IMG/VR virus record: IMGVR_UViG_2740892113_000010 | Source of the DNA: a virus | Taxonomy: Duplodnaviria > Heunggongvirae > Uroviricota > Caudoviricetes | DNA: 21,266 nucleotides | Strand: one strand, 5' to 3' | In this document: one piece after another, positions 1-8,228 of the stretch | Layout: each line of letters opens with the position of its first letter | Numbering within the stretch: the stretch's first letter is position 1 | The notes under the pieces: model-generated | What the model saw: the letters and a program-made list of their open reading frames with translations, nothing else | Told to the model about the DNA's origin: nothing | Database searches by the model: none | Position numbers and translations under genes: made by a program

Positions 1-1014
1 TTACTCTACTGTGGACACTGTGTGGACACTCTCGGCTTCAGTACCACCTCTTAGCGGATTAAGAGAAATGGCGTCCTGAAGGTACTCTGGCGCAAAATGA
101 GCGTAAACCATAGTTTGCTCAATCCGCGTGTGACCTAGTATCCGTTGTAGCGTGATAATACTTCCTCCATTAATCATGAAATGAGTGGCAAAGCTGTGCC
201 TTAGTGCATGTGTGGCTTGCCCCGTTGGCAAATCCGGTTTTATTGCTTTCATTGTTCGTCTGAAGCGAGGGTAATCAGCATCAGGGAATAAAAAACCTCG
301 TTTGTTATCCGCGATCATTTTGGCAACAGCCTCTGAGATCGGGACGGTGCGTGGTTTGTTTGTTTTCGTTTTAACAAACGTGACGCGGTTATGGATGATA
401 TTTTCTGCTTTCAAACGAGCTGCTTCTCCCCAACGTGCTCCTGTACTCAGGCAAAGAATCGCAATCTTTTTGTTGTCGCCGTCAAGTGCTGCAAGCAGTA
501 AGGCAATTTCTTCCTGTGTGAGATAGCCTGTTTCTGGTTTTTCCTCCTTAAGCCTCTTTGTCCCTCTGATAGGGTGCTCACCAAAGAATAACTCCGCTTC
601 AATCAGGGCTGTAAACATGCCGCTAATACATGTTAAATCACGATTGATACTCGAAGGTTTAATACCCTGACTTCTTCGGGTGGCGCAGTACTGGCTGATA
701 AGGGATTTCGTGATTTGAAATGCGCATGGGTCATTCGTTATTTTTGTGAAGATTTCAATTTTTCCAAGATTAGATTTCCCATGCTCTTCGTGTTTACCCT
801 TTAAATCCCACCAGATCTGTGTCAGTTCCGACAGACGTCGTTTGTCTGTTGGTTTTGATAGCCATTCTTTATTGTGGTGGTTGTACAACGTGTATTTTTC
901 GAAAGCGACAGCTTCGCTTTTCTTATCAAACTTCCTACGGATGCGTTTTCCGTTACGTCCAGTAGGGCGGATGTCCACTTCATATCGACCATCATCGAGT
1001 TTTTTGATTGCCAT
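1..1014 (-). CDS. int: Tyrosine integrase, P2 Int-like (337 aa)
   Basis: Complete minus-strand ORF whose stop codon (TAA, seen as tta at nt 1-3) is the first triplet of the window. Tyrosine-recombinase C-terminal signatures (HALRHSFATH, LGHTRIEQTMVYAHF). Length equals the 337 aa I recall for P2 Int. Sits next to the repressor gene. Confidence 0.93.
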   Translation of the reverse strand: MAIKKLDDGRYEVDIRPTGRNGKRIRRKFDKKSEAVAFEKYTLYNHHNKEWLSKPTDKRRLSELTQIWWDLKGKHEEHGKSNLGKIEIFTKITNDPCAFQITKSLISQYCATRRSQGIKPSSINRDLTCISGMFTALIEAELFFGEHPIRGTKRLKEEKPETGYLTQEEIALLLAALDGDNKKIAILCLSTGARWGEAARLKAENIIHNRVTFVKTKTNKPRTVPISEAVAKMIADNKRGFLFPDADYPRFRRTMKAIKPDLPTGQATHALRHSFATHFMINGGSIITLQRILGHTRIEQTMVYAHFAPEYLQDAISLNPLRGGTEAESVHTVSTVE

Positions 1015-1129
1015 CAGAAAACCCTCCGAGTGGTACTTTTTTTTGCTACTACTAATCGCTTTTTTCGTGGTGGCTGAAATTTAGCCACCAATAGTAGGCA
1101 CTTGTGATGAATATATTCACGATAAATTG

Positions 1130-1429
1130 TTAACCAGTCTTTTGACCGGAGTGGGGCGACGTTGTTTCGTTTTGCCCAAAGTGTGCGAGAGCGGGCGCAA
1201 TTTGCCCGGCTTCTGGAGCTACCTGATCAGTCATGAACCACAAAGTATATTTAGTAAATCTGGGATGTTGTAAGACCTTCATTATGGCTTCAACTCCAGC
1301 GTTTTTTGACCGGCTCTCATAGCTCGAAAGTGAGCTGTAGGCTACACCAGTTAATTCACTGAATTCTTTACGGTTTAACCTTTCAGATTCACGGATTAGC
1401 TTCAACTTCTCCGAAACGTCTATTGACAT
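1130..1429 (-). CDS. C: Immunity repressor, P2 C-like (99 aa)
   Basis: ORF track gives 1130..1501; I place the start at the internal ATG (codon 1427-1429, MSIDVSEKL...) because it has a good SD (GGAG, 4-nt spacer) and gives 99 aa. HTH-like N-terminus (RKEFSELTGVAYSSLSSYE) and C-terminus ...ALAHFGQNETTSPHSGQKTG as I recall for P2 C. Lies between int and a divergent cox. Confidence 0.85.
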   Translation of the reverse strand: MSIDVSEKLKLIRESERLNRKEFSELTGVAYSSLSSYESRSKNAGVEAIMKVLQHPRFTKYTLWFMTDQVAPEAGQIAPALAHFGQNETTSPHSGQKTG

Positions 1430-1550
1430 AATTACTCCGATTGCGTAATTTCTTGCTGATAGTGTGAAATGTTGTGCTTCTGGAGTTATCCTTTTAGGCA
1501 ATAATTAGCCATTAGGAGCCATTAGAAGCACTAAGGGAGAATCGTAGCAG
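1430..1550. promoter_or_regulatory. C/cox immunity-switch intergenic region (expected Pe/Pc promoters and operators)
   Basis: 121-bp spacer between divergently oriented repressor and cox genes. Contains a tandem direct repeat AGCCATTAG-g-AGCCATTAG (1507-1525) just upstream of the cox SD. Exact promoter hexamers not assigned. Confidence 0.45.
1507..1525. repeat. Tandem direct repeat, 2 x AGCCATTAG with 10-bp period; candidate operator
   Basis: Read directly: agccattag (1507-1515), g, agccattag (1517-1525), located 26 bp upstream of the cox ATG. Confidence 0.5.
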
Positions 1551-1826
1551 ATGAATAGACAGCTTGTAAGCGTGACTGATGCCGTGCCTTATCAGGAGTT
1601 TGCAAAACTCATTGGTAAAACTCCAAGAGCTGTAAGGGGCATGATTGAGAAAGGGAAATTACCAGTTATTGAGATTACTGACCCTCAGTCAGTATCGGGG
1701 CGTGCTGGTGAATATTGGGTATACCTTCCGGCATGGAATAACGGACTAAAACTGGCTTATGAAAGCCGTCCTAAAGAGATTCGTGACGGCTGGTTGATGT
1801 GGTTAGGTCTCGGTGAACCACGTTAA
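1551..1826 (+). CDS. cox: Cox-like excisionase / early transcriptional repressor (91 aa)
   Basis: First gene of the rightward early operon, divergent from C. 91 aa as recalled for P2 Cox. SD AAGGGAGA upstream of ATG 1551. Confidence 0.82.
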   Translation: MNRQLVSVTDAVPYQEFAKLIGKTPRAVRGMIEKGKLPVIEITDPQSVSGRAGEYWVYLPAWNNGLKLAYESRPKEIRDGWLMWLGLGEPR

Positions 1827-1836
1827 GGAGAACCGT

Positions 1837-2007
1837 ATGAATGAGCCTCGTTGTATTGCTCAGTTATTGCGTAACGAAAGCCCCAGGGCGATTGACTTCA
1901 CCATCACCCACGGTAAGGGGCGTAAGGGAATCATTATCCGCACCAAAAAACAGAGTCCGTTAAAAAAGGCTCTGACCTTTCTGAAAAGCCGGAGGGTCTG
2001 GAAATGA
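1837..2007 (+). CDS. Small early hypothetical protein (56 aa from ATG; P2 orf78 position)
   Basis: ORF track 1813..2007 starts at GTG. The in-frame ATG at 1837 is preceded by AAGGAG with a 6-nt spacer. Stop overlaps the B start (ATGA). Confidence 0.5.
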   Translation: MNEPRCIAQLLRNESPRAIDFTITHGKGRKGIIIRTKKQSPLKKALTFLKSRRVWK

Positions 2008-2504
2008 CAGTGATGACGCTCAATCTCGTTGAAAAACAGCCAGCAGCTATGCGCCGGATAATTGGTAAGCATCTGGCCGTCCCTCGCTGGCAGGAGACAT
2101 GCGATTATTATAATCAGATGATGGAACGCGAACGGCTAACGGTTTGCTTCCATGCGCAGTTAAAACAGCGTCACGCAACGATGCGTTTTGAAGAAATGAA
2201 CGACGTCGAACGTGAACGGCTGGTTTGTGCAATTGATGAACTGCGTGGGGCATTCTCAAAACGCCGTCAGGTCGGTGCAAGTGAGTATGCATATATTAGC
2301 TTTTTAACTGTCAGTCAGCGCCGTACTTTATTTATGCATGCCGGATTGACTGAAAAAGAATTCAACCAGCCATACTGGCGAATTAATGAAGAATCATGTT
2401 ACTGGCGTGATGCCTTATTCCGTGCATTACGTGAATTATTCAGCCTGTTTGAGTATGCACCGACAATTCTGACGTCGGTAAAACCAGAGCAATATCTGCA
2501 TTAA
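2004..2504 (+). CDS. B: Replication protein B-like (166 aa)
   Basis: 166 aa, the same length and position (after cox and a small ORF) as P2 gene B. SD GGAGGG 7 nt upstream. ATGA overlap with the upstream ORF. Confidence 0.75.
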   Translation: MTVMTLNLVEKQPAAMRRIIGKHLAVPRWQETCDYYNQMMERERLTVCFHAQLKQRHATMRFEEMNDVERERLVCAIDELRGAFSKRRQVGASEYAYISFLTVSQRRTLFMHAGLTEKEFNQPYWRINEESCYWRDALFRALRELFSLFEYAPTILTSVKPEQYLH

Positions 2505-2567
2505 GTAATTAACCAGAGTTTTTAACGCACTTAATTGTGCGGGGCTTCTTTTTGCCTGGAGAAAGTC

Positions 2568-2792
2568 ATGCATACAGTTTCTGAAAATCAGTGCGGTAAA
2601 TACGCATTACTGCTGCAACAGGCCAGAACCGAAGCACAGGCCGACGCAGCGACGCGCTTTTCTTCTCATCTTGACGCCATGATTCGCCACATCACAAAGG
2701 CGGAGTTATCCCGCGTGGAGATAGTCGAGCTGCTCAGTCAGGAGTCGGAAAAATTTCACAATATCGGATTGTCTCGCGGGGAGGTGCTTTGA
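2568..2792 (+). CDS. Hypothetical early protein (74 aa)
   Basis: ORF 2535..2792; start assigned to ATG 2568 behind SD GGAGA. Same strand and tight packing with the neighbouring early genes. Confidence 0.5.
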   Translation: MHTVSENQCGKYALLLQQARTEAQADAATRFSSHLDAMIRHITKAELSRVEIVELLSQESEKFHNIGLSRGEVL

Positions 2793-3094
2793 TGTCCTGT
2801 TCTCGTTCAGTTGTATTACTGAATAACGCCTTAAAAATCGCCGTTATGAAAAATGGCGATTTATCTCTTATTCAACTTGGTCTTGATAAAGAAAAACGCG
2901 AAATAACTGAGTCTGTTATCGCGATTTATCAGAACGAATTAAATCTCCTGTCTGATGTGGTCAATTTACTTGTTAAACGCGCTGTATTTCACAAGCAAAT
3001 CTCCTCCGTGGATGAACTGACGAAATTAACGACAGAAATTGCCAGCTATTGCGCTGATGAATTTAAAAAACTTAACGACAAAAGGAGCTGGTAA
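2792..3094 (+). CDS. Hypothetical early protein (100 aa)
   Basis: ATG 2792 overlaps the upstream stop (TGATG) and is preceded by GGAGG. Translationally coupled chain of small ORFs typical of the P2 orf80-83 region. Confidence 0.5.
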   Translation: MSCSRSVVLLNNALKIAVMKNGDLSLIQLGLDKEKREITESVIAIYQNELNLLSDVVNLLVKRAVFHKQISSVDELTKLTTEIASYCADEFKKLNDKRSW

Positions 3095-3318
3095 TGCCGG
3101 ACAACGTAGATTTTATTCAGGAACAACAGGCTGAATTACTGGAGCGCCAGATTAACGCGGCAAGGGTAAAGCATTGCGGTGTTTCTGCGCTGGTTTGCGA
3201 AGAGTGTGACGCGCCAATACCTGCTGCCCGTCGTGCGGCTTATCCGTCAGCCACGCGTTGTGTTTCCTGCCAGTCAGTCTTTGAAGCAAAAAACAAACAT
3301 TACCGGAGAACGGCATGA
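3094..3318 (+). CDS. TraR/DksA-family C4 zinc-finger protein (74 aa)
   Basis: Four Cys in a CxxC-(17)-CxxC arrangement (CEEC...CVSC) in a 74-aa protein. ATG overlaps the upstream stop (TAATG). SD AAAGGAG. Confidence 0.7.
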   Translation: MPDNVDFIQEQQAELLERQINAARVKHCGVSALVCEECDAPIPAARRAAYPSATRCVSCQSVFEAKNKHYRRTA

Positions 3319-3596
3319 GTATTCGTATTGAAATTGGCGAGCGTTATGTCGTCACAAATGACCGTTTTCAGTTCATTTTGCAGGAGAGAAAGACCGCTGA
3401 AACCGGGAAGAATGCCGGTAAAGAGTGGCTGGATGTTGTCGGCTATTACCCCAAATTAAACCAGCTCGTTTCCGGTCTGATCCATCACGATATTTTGAGC
3501 GGTAACGCTGTCTCTTTTGAGGCGCTGAGCTCTCAGGTTGAGCAGCTCGGTCAGCAGTGTCTGACTGCGTTTCTCTGTGCGGGGAAATCTAAATGA
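3315..3596 (+). CDS. Hypothetical early protein (93 aa)
   Basis: ATGA overlap with the upstream gene and SD CGGAGAA. No recognisable motif. Confidence 0.5.
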   Translation: MSIRIEIGERYVVTNDRFQFILQERKTAETGKNAGKEWLDVVGYYPKLNQLVSGLIHHDILSGNAVSFEALSSQVEQLGQQCLTAFLCAGKSK

Positions 3597-4601
3597 TAGT
3601 TGATACCCGCTGCCGAGCTGAAAGCTCTATCAATATTATTTCTGTTTCTGGCGGAAAGGATAGCCTTGCTCAATGGCTTGTTGGTATTGAAAGCGGTGTG
3701 CATTTTTTTGCCGGTTTTTGCAGACACCGGGCATGAGCATCCGCAGACAATGGAGTATCTCGATTATCTGGAGAACCGACTCGGGCCGGTTAAACGGGTT
3801 AAAGCTGACTTCTCCCGACAGATTGAAGGTAAGCGCAAGTTTATTGCTGAGAAATGGCCTGTTTCTCTGGTTGAAGAGTGCGGAATGTCTCCGGGGGAAG
3901 CGGCAGAGCGCATCAATTGTGCGCTGGAAATTCTCAAGCCTACTGGTATCCCATTTCTTGATTTGTGCATGTGGAAAGGGCGATTTCCTTCCACTAAAGC
4001 CAGATTTTGCACTTTTGACCTTAAACATGAGCCAGTACGTACTCAGGTCGTGTTACCTGCGCTTAATGAGTTTGATGAGGTAATTAGCTGGCAGGGGATT
4101 CGCGCTCAGGAGTCTCCTGCGCGCGCGGGTCTGCCTGCCTGGGAAGAGGATGCGGACAATACGCCCGGGCTCCATGTATACCGTCCTATTCTGAACTGGA
4201 CGCATGAGGAGGTATTTGCATTTGCAAGACGTCATGGAATTAAACCTAATCCGTTATACCAGCAGGGATGCAGTCGTGTCGGTTGTATGCCCTGCATCCA
4301 CGCCAGAAAGTCTGAATTAGCTGAAATTTTTAGTCGCTGGCCGGAAGAGGTTAAGCGTGTTGCGGAATGGGAGCGACTTGTCGCCGCATGCTCCAGACGC
4401 GGAAATTCTACTTTCTTCCCGTCAACTCATGACCCGCGTCGTGCGGAACGCCGCATTGATATTATTACTGTCGATGCTTACGGAATTGAGTCTTATCGTG
4501 ACTGGGCGATGACCACGCGTGGCGGGGCACAGTTTGATTTGCTGGCTTCGGTGAATGATAAGTCAGTTTGCAGTAGTGTCTATGCCGGTGTATGTGAATG
4601 A
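3593..4601 (+). pseudogene. PP-loop / PAPS-reductase-family protein, interrupted by a frameshift
   Basis: ATG 3593 (ATGA overlap with the upstream stop) opens a frame encoding MIVDTRCRAESSINIISVSGGKDSLAQWLVGIESGVHFF..., i.e. a canonical SGGKDS PP-loop, which stops at 3734-3736. The long ORF (track 3600..4601) is in a different frame and carries the expected downstream motif FADTGHEHPQT. The two frames overlap across a T7 run (3703-3709) and a T5 run (3715-3719). Removing one T restores ...GVHFLPVFADTGHE... Confidence 0.7.
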
Positions 4602-6883
4602 GTCATTCTTTCCAGGAGCAATACACCTGCGTACCTCCGTCAGCATTTGCTGCAGGCACCGGTAAGGCGTTTACCGGTGCTTATGCATGGAACGCGCCAC
4701 GCGAGGCCGTCGGGCGCGAAAGACCCCTTACACGTGACGAGATGCGTCAGGTGCAAGGTGTTTTATCCACGATTAACCGCCTGCCTTACTTTTTGCGCTC
4801 GCTGTTTACTTCACGCTATGACTACATCCGGCGCAATAAAAGCCCGGTGCACGGGTTTTATTTCCTCACATCTACTTTTCAGCGTCGTTTATGGCCGCGC
4901 ATTGAGCGCGTGAATCAGCGCCATGAAATGAACACCGACGCGTCGTTGCTATTTCTGGCAGAGCGTGACCACTATGCGCGCCTGCCTGGAATGAATGACA
5001 AGGAGCTGAAAAAGTTTGCCGCCCGTATCTCATCGCAGCTTTTCATGATGTATGAGGAACTCTGCGATGCATGGGTTGATGCACATGGCGAAAAAGAATC
5101 GCTGTTTACGGATGAGGCGCAGACTCACCTGTATGGTCATGTTGCTGGCGCTGCACGTGCTTTCAATATTTCCCCGCTCTACTGGAAAAAATACCGTAAA
5201 GGACAGATAACCACGAGGCAGGCATATTCTGCCATTGCCCGTCTGTTTAACGATGAGTGGTGGACTCATCAGCTTAAAGGCCAGCGTATGCGCTGGCATG
5301 AGGCGTTACTGATTGCTGTCGGGGAGGTCAATAAAGACCGTTCTCCTTATGCCAGTAAACATGCCATTCGTGATGTGCGTGCGCGCCGCCAGGCAAATCT
5401 GGAGTTTCTTAAATCGTGTGACCTTGAAAACAGGGAAACCGGCGAACGCATCGACCTTATCAGTAAGGTGATGGGCAGTATTTCTAATCCTGAAATTCGC
5501 CGGATGGAGCTGATGAACACCATTGCCGGTATTGAGCGTTACGCCGCCGCAGAGGGTGATGTGGGGATGTTTATCACGCTGACCGCGCCGTCAAAGTATC
5601 ACCCGACACGTCAGGTCGGAAAAGGCGAAAGTAAAACCGTTCAGCTTAATCACGGCTGGAACGATGAGGCATTTAATCCAAAGGATGCGCAGCGTTATCT
5701 CTGCCGTATCTGGAGCCTGATGCGCACGGCATTCAAGGATAATGATTTACAGGTCTACGGTTTGCGAGTCGTCGAGCCACACCACGACGGAACGCCGCAC
5801 TGGCATATGATGCTTTTTTGTAATCCACGCCAGCGTAACCAGATTATTGAAATCATGCGTCGCTACGCGCTCAAAGAGGATGGCGACGAAAGAGGAGCTG
5901 CGCGAAACCGTTTTCAGGCAAAACACCTTAACCGGGGCGGTGCTGCAGGGTATATCGCGAAATACATCTCAAAAAACATCGATGGCTATGCACTGGATGG
6001 TCAGCTCGATAACGATACCGGCAGGCCGCTGAAAGACACTGCCGCGGCTGTTACCGCATGGGCGTCAACGTGGCGCATTCCGCAATTTAAAACGGTTGGC
6101 CTGCCGACAATGGGGGCTTACCGTGAACTACGCAAATTGCCTCGCGGCGTCAGCATTGCTGATGAGTTTGACGAGCGCGTCGAGGCTGCACGCGCCGCTG
6201 CAGACAGTGGTGATTTTGCGTTGTATATCAGCGCGCAGGGCGGGGCAAATGTCCCGCGCGATTGTCAGACTGTCAGGGTCGCCCGTAGCCCGTCGGATGA
6301 CGTTAACGAGTACGAGGAAGAAGTCGAGAGAGTGGTCGGCATTTACGCGCCGCATCTCGGCGCGCGTCATATTCATATCACCAGAACGACGGACTGGCGC
6401 ATTGTTCCGAAAGTGCCGGTCGTTGAGCCTTTGACTTTAAAAAGCGGCATCGCCGCGCCTCGGAGTCCTGTCAATAACTGTGGAAAGCTCACCGGTGGTG
6501 ATACTTCGTTACCGGCTCCCACACCTTCTGAGCACGCCGCAGCAGTGCTTAATCTGGTAGATGACGGTGTTATCGAATGGAATGACCCGGAGGTCGTGAG
6601 GGCGCTCAGAGGTGCATTAAAACACGGCCTGAGAAGACCAAACCGTCAGCAAAGAAACGGAAGCCCGTTAAAACCGCATGAAATAGCGCCATCGGCCAGA
6701 CTGACCCGGTCTGAACGATTGCAAATCACCCGTATCCGCGTTGACCTTGCTCAGAACGGTATCAGGCCGCAGCGATGGGAGCTTGAGGCGCTGGCGCGTG
6801 GCGCGACCGTAAATTATGACGGGAAAAAATTCACGTATCCGGTCGCTGATGAGTGGTCGGGATTCTGGCATCAATTTGAGTAA
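4598..6883 (+). CDS. A: Rolling-circle replication initiator endonuclease, P2 gpA-like (761 aa)
   Basis: 761 aa, as recalled for P2 gpA. HUH-type motif (TPHWHMMLF) and tyrosines in YIAKYISK. ATGA overlap with the upstream gene. Confidence 0.93.
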   Translation: MSHSFQEQYTCVPPSAFAAGTGKAFTGAYAWNAPREAVGRERPLTRDEMRQVQGVLSTINRLPYFLRSLFTSRYDYIRRNKSPVHGFYFLTSTFQRRLWPRIERVNQRHEMNTDASLLFLAERDHYARLPGMNDKELKKFAARISSQLFMMYEELCDAWVDAHGEKESLFTDEAQTHLYGHVAGAARAFNISPLYWKKYRKGQITTRQAYSAIARLFNDEWWTHQLKGQRMRWHEALLIAVGEVNKDRSPYASKHAIRDVRARRQANLEFLKSCDLENRETGERIDLISKVMGSISNPEIRRMELMNTIAGIERYAAAEGDVGMFITLTAPSKYHPTRQVGKGESKTVQLNHGWNDEAFNPKDAQRYLCRIWSLMRTAFKDNDLQVYGLRVVEPHHDGTPHWHMMLFCNPRQRNQIIEIMRRYALKEDGDERGAARNRFQAKHLNRGGAAGYIAKYISKNIDGYALDGQLDNDTGRPLKDTAAAVTAWASTWRIPQFKTVGLPTMGAYRELRKLPRGVSIADEFDERVEAARAAADSGDFALYISAQGGANVPRDCQTVRVARSPSDDVNEYEEEVERVVGIYAPHLGARHIHITRTTDWRIVPKVPVVEPLTLKSGIAAPRSPVNNCGKLTGGDTSLPAPTPSEHAAAVLNLVDDGVIEWNDPEVVRALRGALKHGLRRPNRQQRNGSPLKPHEIAPSARLTRSERLQITRIRVDLAQNGIRPQRWELEALARGATVNYDGKKFTYPVADEWSGFWHQFE

Positions 6884-6972
6884 GGATCTCATCTATACAG
6901 TATAAGTAGTTTTGACTGTAATTGATTGTTTTTTATATGGTTGCATGCATTAAATCTACGTCAATATCATTA

Positions 6973-6981
6973 TGTTATAAT
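6973..6981 (+). promoter_or_regulatory. Candidate extended -10 promoter (TGtTATAAT) for the cargo operon
   Basis: TG-n-TATAAT read at 6973-6981, about 30 bp upstream of ATG 7010 in an AT-rich leader. An alternative TTGACT (6912-6917), 16 bp, TATATG pair lies further upstream. Confidence 0.35.
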
Positions 6982-7009
6982 GCATTACTTAAAAATGTTG
7001 GAGATAAAA

Positions 7010-7201
7010 ATGTTAAAGCCTGCAGATGTTGTTTGTTTGAAAAGCGGTGGATTTAAAATGACTGTATCTGACTCTACTGAAACTCATGCTAAATGTATTT
7101 GGCATGATAAAGAAGGAGTTTTGCACGAGGAGTCATTCTCCATTGATTTACTGGAAATAGCAGAGAGTAAAAGTGGTATGCTTTGTCGTCCACGTAAGTG
7201 A
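7010..7201 (+). CDS. Small DUF2158 / YodC-like protein (63 aa)
   Basis: ATG 7010 with SD GGAG (7000-7003, 6-nt spacer). The ORF-track start at 6926 is a TTG with no SD. Motif DVVCLKSGGFKMTV...CIWHD resembles the conserved core I recall for the YodC/DUF2158 family. AT-rich codon usage. Confidence 0.6.
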   Translation: MLKPADVVCLKSGGFKMTVSDSTETHAKCIWHDKEGVLHEESFSIDLLEIAESKSGMLCRPRK

Positions 7202-7228
7202 ATCATAATAAAATTCACGGGGGAAAGT

Positions 7229-7909
7229 ATGAAACAATACAGCGAATTAGAAAACAATGTTAAGAGATTCATTGTTGAGCATGAAAAAGGGATTTCTATT
7301 GATGATATTCATCATAAGTTCCGGATGAAGGATGGTCAGAATCGCAAGATGGCAGATTATCTTATTGATAATAAAAAGATAATTTTGGAGATGAAAAGTC
7401 TTTTTTCTGACAGGGTCAAGAATGTCAATGATAAACTGAATGAGTTGGTTAAAACTGATAGTTGGCTTGCAAAAAACTGGCATGGTGCTATTCATTTAGA
7501 AGAGTTGATAAAAAGACACCCAGACTCAAAGCGATTTAGAAATGATATAATGAACTTTGCTTATGAAAATATTAAAACAAAGATAGTTAAGGAAGCTAAT
7601 AAGCAAATAAATGCAACAAAGGATGTTTTGGATTTAAATGACTCGATTGGCGGGTTGATTTTGTTAAATGATAATGTCTTTTCACATGAGTCTAATTATT
7701 TGTCAGATGAAATATTATATTTGCTAGGCACAAAGAGATATTCGAGTGTTGAGTTTGTGGTTTATATTGCAAAATTGATTGATAAACAGGTTGATGTTTG
7801 TGTGCTACTTGACAGTCAATCTAAAAATAAAAATTATATTGAATGGTATATGAATAATGTTTTTTTATTGAACTGGGCGTCTTTTAATAAATATGCAATA
7901 AAGATGTAG
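7229..7909 (+). CDS. Hypothetical protein, 226 aa (cargo, unknown function)
   Basis: Clean ORF 27 bp downstream of the YodC-like gene on the same strand, G-rich SD (GGGGGAAAG). Strongly AT-rich, Lys/Asn/Ile-rich. No Walker A or other recognisable catalytic motif. Confidence 0.7.
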   Translation: MKQYSELENNVKRFIVEHEKGISIDDIHHKFRMKDGQNRKMADYLIDNKKIILEMKSLFSDRVKNVNDKLNELVKTDSWLAKNWHGAIHLEELIKRHPDSKRFRNDIMNFAYENIKTKIVKEANKQINATKDVLDLNDSIGGLILLNDNVFSHESNYLSDEILYLLGTKRYSSVEFVVYIAKLIDKQVDVCVLLDSQSKNKNYIEWYMNNVFLLNWASFNKYAIKM

Positions 7910-8228
7910 TGGTGTGGATGGATATGAAATGAGTCAACCAAGATGCACCTTGGTCAGTAATCTCATGTGAGATACCACATATAACACCAAAAGTGTCAGG
8001 TTGATGGCCATTGTTCACCGTTTACAGCAGATTATGGTCAACGAAAATCTGACGCCTGACGAGCTGGTCGGGTGTGCCGAAATAGTCTGGGATAATTACG
8101 GGCGGTTTAACTATATCGGTCAGTCCAGAGTTGCGCCACCACCACGCAGACGATAGAGAACGCCGCCAGTCGTGAAACTTGTTTTCAGGCTGGCGGAGTT
8201 GAACAACGAGCGAAGTGAGGCGTTAGCA

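Noticed and set aside
302-1084. Plus-strand ORFs of 67-112 aa inside and antisense to int
   Set aside because: Overlap the complete integrase gene on the opposite strand; no SD.
2526-2554. Possible terminator after gene B (CGCAC-ttaatt-GTGCG then gggcTTCTTTTT)
   Set aside because: Stem is only 5 bp and the T-run is separated from it by 4 nt; too weak to call, and the next ORF follows immediately.
3600-3735. N-terminal part of track ORF 3600..4601 (MIPAAELKALSILFLFLAERIALLNGLLVLKAV...) looks like a hydrophobic signal or TM segment
   Set aside because: It is an out-of-frame read of the region that encodes the SGGKDS PP-loop in the correct frame (ATG 3593); the hydrophobic peptide is a frameshift artefact, not a real N-terminus.
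6926-7009. Longer 91-aa version of the YodC-like ORF starting at 6926
   Set aside because: Starts at TTG without SD and runs through the AT-rich promoter-like leader; ATG 7010 with GGAG is the credible start.
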